Assembly: GCA_045658315.1 (NCBI GenBank) | Contig: JAZOUV010000040.1 | Coordinates: 12,081 to 76,080 of the forward strand | DNA: 64,000 bases | Source: Eubacteriales bacterium | GTDB taxonomy: Bacteria > Bacillota > Clostridia > Oscillospirales > CAG-272 | Reading direction: 5' to 3' | Shown here: in pieces, positions 10,039 through 19,588 of the stretch | Position numbering within the stretch: the stretch's first letter is position 1 | Layout of the letters: each line of letters begins with the position of its first letter | Translations under genes and position numbers: made by a program | The notes under the pieces: model-generated | Seen by the model: only the letters and a program-made list of their open reading frames with translations | The model's database searches: none | Told to the model about the DNA's origin: nothing

Positions 10039-10428
10039 ATGACTGTATTGGAAACTGTTTTGGGGGCTATACTTTTAGTAGCTGCCGTATTTATCGTTAT
10101 AGCCGTACTTATGCAGGAAGGCAAATCTAAGGGTATGGGTGCTGTAGGCGGCGGAAGCTCCGACACCTTTTTTGGCAAGACCAAAGGTAAGACTTGGGAG
10201 AAGACTCTTGCTAAGCTCACAACTATCGTTGGTGTAGTTTTTGTTGTTTTAGTTCTTGTTGTATTTGTTATTCAAAAAGATATTGACCCCGATGACCACT
10301 TCAACGAAAACTTTGATAACCCCGACACTACTGTTGAAGAAACAACCAAAGAAGAGCCCAAAGATACAGCAGAAGTTACAACTGCAGAAACCGCTGAAGA
10401 AACAGCTGCAGAAACCTCTGCTGAATAA
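10039..10428 (+). CDS. secG: preprotein translocase subunit SecG with a ~50-aa acidic C-terminal extension
   Basis: Two TM helices flank the Gly-rich loop (QEGKSKGMGAVGGGSSDTFFGK). The tail is a D/E/T/A-rich low-complexity sequence. Confidence 0.85.
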   Translation: MTVLETVLGAILLVAAVFIVIAVLMQEGKSKGMGAVGGGSSDTFFGKTKGKTWEKTLAKLTTIVGVVFVVLVLVVFVIQKDIDPDDHFNENFDNPDTTVEETTKEEPKDTAEVTTAETAEETAAETSAE

Positions 10429-10447
10429 AACTCAGATAATTACTACG

Positions 10448-10480
10448 ATCCGCCTTCCCCAAGAAGGCGGATTATTTTTT
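10448..10480 (+). terminator. terminator after secG
   Basis: ATCCGCCTTC/GAAGGCGGAT stem followed by TATTTTTT. Confidence 0.75.
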
Positions 10481-10502
10481 AAAAATATATTGGAGTATTT
10501 TA

Positions 10503-12641
10503 ATGGAATTAAAAGAAAAAATAAAAGATTATTTAAATGAAGAAGATATGTCATACAAGCCATATGAGCTGTACTCGGTCATTTGCGGAAGCGACTCAAA
10601 CGAGTACGATGCTTTTTATAAAGCACTCGGTGCTCTTGAAAAAGAGGGCGAACTTGTCTATACAAAAAAAGGCAAGATTATGGCAGTAAAATTTTCGGGA
10701 GTAGTTAAGGGTATTTTTCGTGCTTCGGCAAGAGGCTTCGGCTTTGTTACACCCGAAGGAAATGTAACGAAGAACCGCGATATTTTTATACCTCGGGACA
10801 ACACCTTTGATGCCATTGAGGGTGATACTGTTCTCGTCAGCCTAACCAAGCCTAAAAACAGAATATCGCAAGGTCAAAGCGATGAAGGAAAGATCATAAA
10901 AATTGTATCCCACGGTCTCAAAACCTATACCGGCACACTGCTCATTGCAAGGGGAAGAAATAAAGCAAGACATCTATACTATATCGTTCCCGACAACAAA
11001 AAACTGAACATTGATATTATTATAGAAAAAAACGACCTCAACGATGCCGATATCGGAGATAAAGTCGAGGTTGAAATAACAAAATACCCGACTGCACGCA
11101 ATGCAGGAAAAGGCAAAATTGTTACGGTATTCGGTGAAAGTGACTCGCTTATTGCCAACTACAACGCCGTTTTGCACAGCCACAATATAAAAACGCTCTT
11201 TCCCAAGACTGTTCTTGAAGAGGCTGACAAGCTCGCAGAAAGTGAAATTACAGTCGGAAATAGGCTTGACCTAAGAGATGAAACCATATTTACAATAGAC
11301 GGCATAGATGCAAAAGACCTTGACGATGCTATATCCGTAGAAAAAATAGAAGAAGGATATATTCTCGGAGTTCACATTGCCGACGTGTCTCACTATGTAA
11401 CCGAAAACTCCGATTTAGACGAAGAAGCCTTTGTCAGAGGTACAAGTGTATATTTTGCGGACAAGGTAGTTCCCATGTTGCCCAAAGCGTTGTCAAACGG
11501 CATTTGCTCACTTAATGCAGGTGTAGACAGATATACCCTTTCCGCCTTTGTCTCGCTGGATAAAACGGGAGAGATTGTTGACGTTGACATTAAAGAAAGC
11601 ATAATCAACTCAAAAGTACGAGGGGTATATTCGGAATTAAATGATGTTATTGAAAAAGATAAAGATTCCCAATATTTTAAAAAGTATTCAGGCATTTTGA
11701 GAGATGCTCTGCCCACAATGCTCGAGCTTTATGAACTATTAAGCAAAAAATCGGCAAGACGCGGTGCTCTTGATATTGAAACAAGCGAAGCGAAGATTAT
11801 TGTAAACGAGTATAACGAGCCTACGGATATTCTCAAAGTTGAACGTGGAGTCACCGAAATGCTTATTGAGCAGTTTATGCTTTGTGCAAACGAGGGTGTT
11901 GCAAACTGGCTTTCGTGGAGAGAAATGCCCTGCGTCTACCGAATACACGAGGAGCCAGATCCCGAAAAAATACGAAGCTTTGATATTTTTGCATACAACC
12001 TCGGTATAAATACAACTCCTCTTCATACTAAAAAATTGCACCCGACTGCCCTCCGTAGAGTTTTGTCAGATGCAAGGGAAAAGAAGCTGGATTCCATTCT
12101 TTCAAAGATATTGCTTCGTTCCCTTATGAAAGCAAAATACTCTTCAAACTGTACGGCACACTTCGGACTTGCGATAGACAAATACTGTCATTTCACCTCG
12201 CCTATCAGACGTTATCCCGACCTTGCTACGCACAGAATTATTAAAAAGGTATTGAGAAATGAGATAACGAAAAAAAATATCGGAAAATATACCGCCTTTG
12301 CCACCCAAGCAGCTATTTCTTCAAGTGAAAACGAGCTCAAAGCACAAATGGCGGAAAGGGATATTGAAGACCTCTACAAGTCTGTATATATGATGAACTA
12401 TATCGGAGAAACCTTTAAAGGAGTTATCACAAGTGTAACGTCCTTTGGATTTTTTGTTGAACTTGAAAACACCTGTGAAGGACTTGTGCCCATATCATCA
12501 CTCGACGGATATTACGACTTCGACGAAAGGAACTATACTCTCTCAAACGGCTTCGACAGATTCAGTCTCGGCATGGAAGTAGAAGTTATTATCGAAGATG
12601 TGGATATAATTACTCGCAAAACGGATATGCGAATTATATAA
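10503..12641 (+). CDS. rnr: ribonuclease R
   Basis: 712 aa. RNB domain (DGIDAKDLDDAISVE, HFGLA...YCHFTSPIRRYPDL) and C-terminal S1 domain (GVITSVTSFGFFVELEN). Confidence 0.93.
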   Translation: MELKEKIKDYLNEEDMSYKPYELYSVICGSDSNEYDAFYKALGALEKEGELVYTKKGKIMAVKFSGVVKGIFRASARGFGFVTPEGNVTKNRDIFIPRDNTFDAIEGDTVLVSLTKPKNRISQGQSDEGKIIKIVSHGLKTYTGTLLIARGRNKARHLYYIVPDNKKLNIDIIIEKNDLNDADIGDKVEVEITKYPTARNAGKGKIVTVFGESDSLIANYNAVLHSHNIKTLFPKTVLEEADKLAESEITVGNRLDLRDETIFTIDGIDAKDLDDAISVEKIEEGYILGVHIADVSHYVTENSDLDEEAFVRGTSVYFADKVVPMLPKALSNGICSLNAGVDRYTLSAFVSLDKTGEIVDVDIKESIINSKVRGVYSELNDVIEKDKDSQYFKKYSGILRDALPTMLELYELLSKKSARRGALDIETSEAKIIVNEYNEPTDILKVERGVTEMLIEQFMLCANEGVANWLSWREMPCVYRIHEEPDPEKIRSFDIFAYNLGINTTPLHTKKLHPTALRRVLSDAREKKLDSILSKILLRSLMKAKYSSNCTAHFGLAIDKYCHFTSPIRRYPDLATHRIIKKVLRNEITKKNIGKYTAFATQAAISSSENELKAQMAERDIEDLYKSVYMMNYIGETFKGVITSVTSFGFFVELENTCEGLVPISSLDGYYDFDERNYTLSNGFDRFSLGMEVEVIIEDVDIITRKTDMRII

Positions 12642-12681
12642 AACTTGAATTTGCCATAAAGAAAAGCTTTTGCGGTTATTC

Positions 12682-12712
12682 AAAAGGGGCTTTAAAAAAG
12701 CCCCTTTTGTGT
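12682..12712 (+). terminator. terminator after rnr
   Basis: AAAGGGGC...GCCCCTTT stem followed by a T-rich tail. Confidence 0.7.
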
Positions 12713-12841
12713 TGGCTCGGAAGCGAAACTGCCGACTGTTTGTTGCTCCTTAAATTTGCGGAGCAATTTTTCTTTTTAGACAAATAATTTTTTTAAAATA
12801 CTATATTGTTATTTAAACAGAAAGAAGGATTATTTTATTTT

Positions 12842-13495
12842 TTATCTTGCGAAATATATATTATTGCTTTGCATTGTAACAAGCTTTCCCATACTGCCAC
12901 CATGCAACACGTACAACGCCCCTTCGGTGGGGTCATACCCCATCAACGCATCCTCTGCTGCCCTGTATGCAAGCTCCGATGCTCTTACCTCGTCTATACT
13001 TCCGTCAAGCACCGAATCAAACGAGCCTCCCGAATATATCACCTGCAAAACAGTGTCGGGAAAGCCGTTATCTGCTACCCTGTTCATAACCACAGCCCCT
13101 ACTGCCGTCATCGTTTGCAGATCAGTCCCCCCTGCTTCCGCCTCTATAAGTTTTGCCATAATATCAACCTCAAACTCGCTGTAAGTGTAAATATTCAATC
13201 CCATTGCCTGCAAAGTCTGATTTCCGCACACACCGTCTGCATATATACCGTTATATTCTTGAAAACGTCTTACCGCATCTGCAGTATCAACACCATACAC
13301 ACCATCGCACTTGCCGTCGTACAGTCCTAATTCTTTTAGCTTTTTCTGCACCATAGCCACTCTGTCGCCCTCCGAACCGCTTTCTATCCGTGTTTCTACA
13401 GCACCGTTATAAATAAACGTATATACTGCAAGCACCGCACACATCACAAGTACGGTAATTACACTCACCTTTGCTCCGTAAAAAAACTTCTTCAT
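12842..13495 (-). CDS. SleB-like spore cortex-lytic cell wall hydrolase (PG-binding domain + Hydrolase_2 domain)
   Basis: N-terminal anchor. PG_binding_1 repeat (VQKKLKELGLYDGKCDGVYGVDTADAVRRFQ). C-terminal MAKLIEAEAGGTDLQTMTAVGAVVMNRV...FPDTVLQVIY, typical of SleB/CwlJ. Confidence 0.8.
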   Translation of the reverse strand: MKKFFYGAKVSVITVLVMCAVLAVYTFIYNGAVETRIESGSEGDRVAMVQKKLKELGLYDGKCDGVYGVDTADAVRRFQEYNGIYADGVCGNQTLQAMGLNIYTYSEFEVDIMAKLIEAEAGGTDLQTMTAVGAVVMNRVADNGFPDTVLQVIYSGGSFDSVLDGSIDEVRASELAYRAAEDALMGYDPTEGALYVLHGGSMGKLVTMQSNNIYFAR

Positions 13496-13721
13496 ATATT
13501 TTTTCCTTTCATTATTCTTATTGCTTCTTTCTATTATTGTCTCTCGTCTTTGGTAATTAATTCAGGAAAAACAAAAAAACACAAATAAAGGTATTTATTC
13601 AATACAATAAAATCTTTATATTTATTAAGTTATTTTTGATATCCCAAAATTTATTGACACTTTTTTCGCTTTATGATAATATATAATTAATATTATTATA
13701 ACTGTGAACGGAGAGAAAAAA

Positions 13722-14438
13722 ATGAAGTTTTTCAAAAAGAACTCCGACTCCGATGTTAGAACAGCTAAGGTCATTTCTTTTAAAAAAGTTAATTATAAAA
13801 AGCTATTCACCACACTTTTTCTATTGGGAATTGCCGCCTGCCTTCTCATTTTCGGCATAAACCTTTTTGTAAAACAATCAACCCAAGATCTTATACTAAC
13901 CGACTTTAACGAAGAATACGACTGCATACTCGTTCTCGGTGCAGGAGTCAGAAGCGGAAATCCCAGCCCGATGCTTGAGGACAGGCTTGATTATGCCATA
14001 GAGCTTTACAAACAAGGAGTCGCACCAAAGATTATCATGAGCGGAGACCATGGGCAAAAAGACTATGATGAAGTCAATGTTATGAAAAACTACGCCATAT
14101 TGTGCGGTGTACCGTCAGAAGATATATTTATGGATCACGCAGGTTTTTCGACATACGAAAGTATATATCGGGCAAGAGATATTTTTAAGGCTAAAAAAAT
14201 CGTCATAGTTACACAGGAATATCATCTTTACAGAGCACTGTACATTTCAAAATCGCTCGGTGTGTCGGCAGCAGGATACGCTTCCGACCCGAGACAGTAT
14301 GCAGGTCAGCTTTACAGAAACCTAAGAGAAATATTGGCAAGAGACAAAGATTTTTTCTACTGTATTTTTAAACCCAAACCTACATATCTTGGAGATGCAA
14401 TTCCCGTCAGCGGAAACGGCGACTTTACAAACGACTAA
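13722..14438 (+). CDS. SanA/YdcF (DUF218) family membrane-anchored protein
   Basis: Start trimmed to ATG 13722 (SD GGAGAG). DCILVLGAGV...PSPMLEDRLDYAIELYKQG.APKIIMSGDHG...EVNVM and IVTQEYHLYRALYI match the DUF218 pattern. Confidence 0.75.
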   Translation: MKFFKKNSDSDVRTAKVISFKKVNYKKLFTTLFLLGIAACLLIFGINLFVKQSTQDLILTDFNEEYDCILVLGAGVRSGNPSPMLEDRLDYAIELYKQGVAPKIIMSGDHGQKDYDEVNVMKNYAILCGVPSEDIFMDHAGFSTYESIYRARDIFKAKKIVIVTQEYHLYRALYISKSLGVSAAGYASDPRQYAGQLYRNLREILARDKDFFYCIFKPKPTYLGDAIPVSGNGDFTND

Positions 14439-14458
14439 GAAATACGGAATAATAAAAA

Positions 14459-14977
14459 ATGAATGATAACGACATTATTACAAAAAAAATTAAAATTAAG
14501 ATACGCAGTCTCATAACAGAGGTTGAAAACTCGGAAGATGACCCTATGGCACAAAAGGGCTGTGCCCCCTTTGTTGAAGGCCTTCCCGAAGGAGAAAATT
14601 ATAGCGAATTTATTGAATTTTCGACAGATGGTACACTCACAATAAAGGGTAACGTAGCGGAAATTACATACAAGGAAAACGCAGAACTTGGTATGGGAGA
14701 CGTTGAATCTACTTTACGGTTCAAAATAAACAGACCAACTATGATAAACCTTATCAGAAGAGGGGCAGCCCCCGCTTCGCTTATGTTTGATACAGAATTT
14801 CCCAGACGCAACTGCACTTACTGTATCGGCAATATGCCCTTCTCTTTTTGCATCTGCACAAACGACGTGATAAACCGTTTCACTGAAAGTTACGGAAAAA
14901 TAGTTCTTGACTACGATATCGAAATGCACGGTGTAAGAACCGAACACAACGTTTACACTTTGGAATTTAAAGAATAA
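14459..14977 (+). CDS. DUF1934 (YwiB-like) beta-barrel protein
   Basis: 172 aa. The pattern EFSTDGTL...ITYKE...STLRF...LIRRGAAPASLMFD...LDYDIEMHG...YTLEFKE resembles YwiB-family proteins. Confidence 0.55.
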   Translation: MNDNDIITKKIKIKIRSLITEVENSEDDPMAQKGCAPFVEGLPEGENYSEFIEFSTDGTLTIKGNVAEITYKENAELGMGDVESTLRFKINRPTMINLIRRGAAPASLMFDTEFPRRNCTYCIGNMPFSFCICTNDVINRFTESYGKIVLDYDIEMHGVRTEHNVYTLEFKE

Positions 14978-14989
14978 GAGGATTTGAAT

Positions 14990-16033
14990 ATGACACCGAA
15001 TGAATTCGGAAAACTTATAAAAGAGAATATACACGGTGTTTTTCTGTTTTACGGTGAAGAGCAATACCTGAAACAGCATTATATCAACCTTACGAAAAAG
15101 ACAATTTCCCCCGACGGAGCAAACGTTATGTCCCTATCGGGAGAAGGCTTGTCTTTGACTCAAATATGCCAACAAATTATGGATATGGCATCTATGCCCT
15201 CTATGGATATGAGCAGCAGATTCTTAAATATATACGATGTTGAATGGAAAAAGACAAAAGAAGACGAACTCGACTTTTTTGAAGACTGTATGACGGAACT
15301 TTCTTCTTTTGAAGACGTTGTTATTGTATTTGATACTCGACCCGAAAATTTTGATTCGGGTACGGATAAAAAACCATCAAAGCTCCTTTCAAGAATCAAT
15401 AAGTATATAAAAACCGTAAACTTTGCAAAAGAGCCACCTGCCCGGCTTGCCGCTTGGATACAAAAGCATTTTGCCGCATACAAGGTTGAAGCAGACCCTA
15501 ATGTTTGTAATTTTTTGGTCAAGTACTGCGGAAGAGATATGACTACGTTAAACCACGAGATAACAAAGCTTGTAGCATACGTTCTGCAAAACGGGAAAAA
15601 AACCGTTACCGAAACCGATATTCACACAGTTTCCTCTTCGGTCAACGAGATAGATACTTTTGATTTTTCAAATGCAATATTAAACGGCGACACAGAAAGA
15701 GCATTTTCTATCTTAACCGATATGAAGCTCCATAAGGAAAAACCCGAGCTTATTCTCGGCAGTATTGCAAGTACCTACTCTAATTTGTATACCGTAAAAA
15801 TCCTACTTGAAGCAGGGATGCTTGCCCCCGAAATTATAAAAGAAACGGGTATGCACGAATACAAAGCAAAGCTTTATATTAAAAGAGCGAATGTTCTAAG
15901 CAAAAAAGGTATTGAAAAAGCAATAGAACTTTGCCACGATGCAGATATAAAAATAAAATCGGGAAGCCTTGACAGCTACAACATTCTTGACGTTCTACTT
16001 ATAAAGCTGTCAATGACGGACAGAATAAAATGA
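14990..16033 (+). CDS. holA: DNA polymerase III delta subunit
   Basis: Start trimmed to ATG 14990 (SD AAGAGGA). LFYGEEQYLKQHY N-terminus and ~347 aa, typical HolA length and layout. Confidence 0.8.
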   Translation: MTPNEFGKLIKENIHGVFLFYGEEQYLKQHYINLTKKTISPDGANVMSLSGEGLSLTQICQQIMDMASMPSMDMSSRFLNIYDVEWKKTKEDELDFFEDCMTELSSFEDVVIVFDTRPENFDSGTDKKPSKLLSRINKYIKTVNFAKEPPARLAAWIQKHFAAYKVEADPNVCNFLVKYCGRDMTTLNHEITKLVAYVLQNGKKTVTETDIHTVSSSVNEIDTFDFSNAILNGDTERAFSILTDMKLHKEKPELILGSIASTYSNLYTVKILLEAGMLAPEIIKETGMHEYKAKLYIKRANVLSKKGIEKAIELCHDADIKIKSGSLDSYNILDVLLIKLSMTDRIK

Positions 16034-16623
16034 AAAAAATTACTATTGATATCCCCATTATCGTAGAAGGAAAATATGATGTCATAAAGCTTAATTCAAT
16101 CATTGACGGTCAAATAATAAAGACAGACGGTTTTGGGCTTTTCAATTCCGAGGAAACAAAAGAATATATCAAGAAATTGGCAGAAAAAAAAGGCGTTATC
16201 GTACTTACCGACAGCGACGGTGCAGGTCTGGTCATAAGAAACTACTTGAGTTCGATACTCCCAAAGGATAAAATAATTCACCTTTATCCCCCACAAATTG
16301 AGGGTAAAGAAAAAAGAAAAAACACGCCGTCCAAAGAGGGTTTTCTCGGGGTGGAGGGAATTTCTGCCGACATATTACGCGAACTTTTCACTCCGTTTGA
16401 ATCAAATATTCAAAAAGACAAAACAAAAAAAGTCACAAAGCTTGACCTTTTTGAAGACGGACTTATAGGCTCCCTTGACAGTTCCAACAAAAGAAATATG
16501 CTAAAAAAAAGACTGGGACTGCCTTTGAACATATCTACAAATGCCCTGCTTGACACAATAAACCTGCTTTACTCATACGAAGAATACAAGGCGTTTTTGA
16601 AAGAAAGCGAATTACACCAATGA
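16030..16623 (+). CDS. Toprim-domain protein, RNase M5-like (DUF4093-type)
   Basis: IIVEGKYDVIKL (Toprim Glu) and VIVLTDSDGAGLVIRNYL (DxD). The C-terminal helical region is comparable in layout to RnmV. Start overlaps the holA stop (ATGA). Confidence 0.6.
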   Translation: MKKITIDIPIIVEGKYDVIKLNSIIDGQIIKTDGFGLFNSEETKEYIKKLAEKKGVIVLTDSDGAGLVIRNYLSSILPKDKIIHLYPPQIEGKEKRKNTPSKEGFLGVEGISADILRELFTPFESNIQKDKTKKVTKLDLFEDGLIGSLDSSNKRNMLKKRLGLPLNISTNALLDTINLLYSYEEYKAFLKESELHQ

Positions 16624-17045
16624 TACAAAAAACAAAAGAAATATTACTCAAACATAAAGAAAAAATAAGCTATCTTTTTTTCGGCGTATTAACAACTGCG
16701 GTCGATTTTGTAAGCTATTACACTCTTACAAGATTTTTATTTTTGAATGAGGATTTTTCAAACGTTTTAGCTCAATTTTTTGCAATATTGTTTGCTTACG
16801 TAACAAACAAGCTGTTTGTTTTTGAAGACCAAACAAACAGTTTCAGAACGCTAATAATTCAGTTTGCGAAATTCTTCTCTCTACGACTTGTTACACTCAT
16901 TTTAAACAGTGTTATGTTTACCGTTATGAACAAAATGCTTGGCATAAACGATATAGTAACCAAAGTAATAGTTTCAGTCATCGTAATTATTCTTAATTAT
17001 GTTTTCAGCAAACTCATAGTTTTCAAAAACAAGGAGAAAAATTAA
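16620..17045 (+). CDS. GtrA-family membrane protein
   Basis: 141 aa with 4 TM helices. FGVLTTAVDFVSYY and FAYVTNKLFVFED motifs. 4-nt overlap with the upstream gene. Confidence 0.75.
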   Translation: MIQKTKEILLKHKEKISYLFFGVLTTAVDFVSYYTLTRFLFLNEDFSNVLAQFFAILFAYVTNKLFVFEDQTNSFRTLIIQFAKFFSLRLVTLILNSVMFTVMNKMLGINDIVTKVIVSVIVIILNYVFSKLIVFKNKEKN

Positions 17046-17875
17046 TGAATCCCATTTACGAAAAGCTTTTAAGTTGTTATAATCAAATAAAAAAAGCAAC
17101 TGATTTTGAACCCAAAATCGGTGTTGTCCTCGGTTCCGGGCTCGGACATTTCGGAGACTGTATAAACATTGTTGACACTGTTGAATACAGCTCTCTTGAA
17201 GGCTTCCCCGTTTCCACCGTAAGCGGTCATGCAGGCAGATTTCTGTTCGGTTATGTTGAAAACGTACCTGTTGTAGCAATGCAGGGCAGAATACACTACT
17301 ACGAAGGCTATAAAATGACAGACGTTGTTTTGCCGGTAAGACTTATGTGTATGTTGGGAGCTAAAAAAATCATTCTAACAAATGCCGCAGGCGGAATTAA
17401 TACAACCTTTAAGCCGGGGACTCTCATGGCGATTACCGACCACATTGCCTCCTTTGTTCCCTCACCGCTTATCGGACAGAATATAGATGAGCTTGGTGTT
17501 CGTTTTCCGGATATGACCAACATATATGACCCAAAACTCAGAAACATTCTGCTTAAAACGGCTGAAAGCCTTGATATTCCCCTGAAACAAGGAGTATATA
17601 TCCAGTTTACAGGACCTGCATACGAAACTCCTGCGGAGATAAGAGCCGCAAGGACCCTCGGTGCCGATGCCGTGGGAATGAGTACCGCCGTCGAAGCTAT
17701 GGCTGCACGCCATATGGGTGCACACATCTGTGCTGTAAGCTGTATATCTAACCTTGCCGCAGGGTTAAACCAAAAACCGCTTACCCACGAAGAAGTCAAA
17801 GAAACGGCGGATATGGTATCCGAACAGTTTCAAAAGCTAATTTATAACGCTATAATCAATATGGACAAAGAATGA
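17045..17875 (+). CDS. punA: purine nucleoside phosphorylase (PunA-type)
   Basis: GVVLGSGLG, VSGHAGRFLFG, VVAMQGRIHYYEGY, FTGPAYETPAEIR, GADAVGMSTAVE. Confidence 0.9.
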   Translation: MNPIYEKLLSCYNQIKKATDFEPKIGVVLGSGLGHFGDCINIVDTVEYSSLEGFPVSTVSGHAGRFLFGYVENVPVVAMQGRIHYYEGYKMTDVVLPVRLMCMLGAKKIILTNAAGGINTTFKPGTLMAITDHIASFVPSPLIGQNIDELGVRFPDMTNIYDPKLRNILLKTAESLDIPLKQGVYIQFTGPAYETPAEIRAARTLGADAVGMSTAVEAMAARHMGAHICAVSCISNLAAGLNQKPLTHEEVKETADMVSEQFQKLIYNAIINMDKE

Positions 17876-17878
17876 TTT

Positions 17879-18340
17879 ATGAAAAAACACGTTGATATTT
17901 ATACAGACGGTGCGTGTAAGGGCAATCCCGGCCCCGGCGGATACGGCATCGTTCTCGTCTACCGTGGAATCGAAAAAAAGCTGAGCCAAGGTTTTAGAAG
18001 CACCACAAACAACCGAATGGAGCTTCTTGCGGCTATTACCGCACTTGAAGCTCTTAACGAAAGCTGTAACGTTACACTCTATTCCGATTCAAAATATCTT
18101 ATTGACGGAATGACTAAAGGGTGGGCAAAAGGGTGGAAGGCTAACAACTGGCTAAAAAGTGACAAAAAAAAGGCTCTCAATACTGACCTTTGGGACAGGA
18201 TGCTTAAGCTTGACAGTACTCACGACATTGAATATATCTGGGTTAAAGGACACAACGGGCACAAATATAACGAGATCTGCGATACTCTTGCCGTTGAGGC
18301 GGCTGAAGATCCGAAGTTCGATGATATTTCGGGAGAATAA
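17879..18340 (+). CDS. rnhA: ribonuclease HI
   Basis: IYTDGACKGNPGPGGYGIVL, TNNRMELLAAI, LYSDSKY, WVKGHNGHKYNEICDTLA. Confidence 0.92.
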   Translation: MKKHVDIYTDGACKGNPGPGGYGIVLVYRGIEKKLSQGFRSTTNNRMELLAAITALEALNESCNVTLYSDSKYLIDGMTKGWAKGWKANNWLKSDKKKALNTDLWDRMLKLDSTHDIEYIWVKGHNGHKYNEICDTLAVEAAEDPKFDDISGE

Positions 18341-18342
18341 AA

Positions 18343-19368
18343 ATGAAAATACTTGTAGGATTAAGCGGCGGTCTTGACAGCACCTACACCGCATACAAGC
18401 TTATAAAAGAGGGGCATACTGTCGAAGGAATCGTGCTGGAAATGCACGACTATACCGATATTGAGGCGGCAAGAAAAACCGCAGATATTTTAGGTATAAA
18501 GCTCCACACGCTTGACTGCCGTGAAAAATTTAAAACACACGTTATAAGCAACTTTATTTCCGAGTATTCAACGGGACATACCCCAAATCCCTGCACTGTC
18601 TGCAACAGATATGTCAAAATTGCCGAGCTTTGCCGTTACGCACATGAAAACGGCTTTGAAAAAGCGGCAACAGGTCACTATGCACGTATTTCTTTTGATG
18701 AGGCAAGCAAAAGATATTGCATAGCAAAAAGCAAAGACGAGAGAAAAGACCAAAGCTATATGCTGTGGTATCTCACACAGGAACAGCTTGAAACTTTGTA
18801 TTTTCCCCTTTCCGATACAACAAAAGAGCAGATACGTGAAGAAATAAAAAATACAGAAACTGCCTACCTTGCAGATAAAAAAGAAAGTCAGGAAATATGC
18901 TTTATTCCGGACAACGACTACGCCTCATACATAGAAAGAGAAAAAGGCTCGTTTCCCGAGGGTGATTTTGTCGATAGTGAGGGTAAAAAAATAGGCAGGC
19001 ATAAAGGTATCATTCACTACACCATAGGTCAGCGTAAGGGATTAGGCATCAGCCTTGGTGCTCCTGCCTATATAACCAAGATCGACCCTCAAAAAAACAC
19101 TGTTACCGTCGAAAAGCAAAGTGAAGTAAAAAGCAATTCGCTGTGTGCCGTCTCACTTAACAGTCAGCTTTTACCCATTGAAGACGGCTGTAAATATACA
19201 CTCGATGTTAAAATCAGATATGCCGCAAAGCCTATGACGGCAGATGTAACTATCGAAAACGGCATTGCAAAAGCAAGCTTTGCCGATTCGGTTCGTGCAA
19301 TAACACCCGGTCAAAGTGCCGTATTCTACAAAGACGACAAAATAGCATTTGGCGGTATCATTATCTGA
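18343..19368 (+). CDS. mnmA: tRNA 2-thiouridine(34) synthase MnmA
   Basis: PP-loop MKILVGLSGGLDSTY, NPCTVCNRYVKI, ATGHYAR, KDQSYML. Confidence 0.9.
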   Translation: MKILVGLSGGLDSTYTAYKLIKEGHTVEGIVLEMHDYTDIEAARKTADILGIKLHTLDCREKFKTHVISNFISEYSTGHTPNPCTVCNRYVKIAELCRYAHENGFEKAATGHYARISFDEASKRYCIAKSKDERKDQSYMLWYLTQEQLETLYFPLSDTTKEQIREEIKNTETAYLADKKESQEICFIPDNDYASYIEREKGSFPEGDFVDSEGKKIGRHKGIIHYTIGQRKGLGISLGAPAYITKIDPQKNTVTVEKQSEVKSNSLCAVSLNSQLLPIEDGCKYTLDVKIRYAAKPMTADVTIENGIAKASFADSVRAITPGQSAVFYKDDKIAFGGIII

Positions 19369-19405
19369 TACGCTTATTGTTTTATTTACCGAAAGGATGT
19401 ATGTT

Positions 19406-19588
19406 ATGCCAAACGGAAAAAATCTCAACCGTGAGCTGTACTTAAAGTTTGAATACTGCTCATTCAGAGAGCTTGAAGAATTACTTCTGGCAGCCCATTC
19501 ACACGAAGAGAAAGCGTTTTACCGCGTGCTTTTGAACCTCAAGCTTCAAATTGCACAGGAACGCGTAGTAGGAGAACAGTTGGTATGA
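19406..19588 (+). CDS. hypothetical 60-aa helical protein, candidate antitoxin
   Basis: Start trimmed to ATG 19406 (SD GAAAGG ~8 nt upstream), which removes the overlap with mnmA. The stop overlaps the next start (ATGA 19585-19588). No family recognised. Confidence 0.5.
   Translation: MPNGKNLNRELYLKFEYCSFRELEELLLAAHSHEEKAFYRVLLNLKLQIAQERVVGEQLV

Noticed and set aside
12642-12841. tmRNA (ssrA) downstream of rnr
   Set aside because: The gap is only 200 nt and contains two simple terminator hairpins. No tRNA-like acceptor/T-arm sequence and no tag reading frame are visible.
12806-13330. 174-aa plus-strand ORF overlapping the SleB-like gene
   Set aside because: It is antisense to a gene with clear PG-binding and Hydrolase_2 motifs. 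Its translation is Cys/His-rich junk with no RBS.
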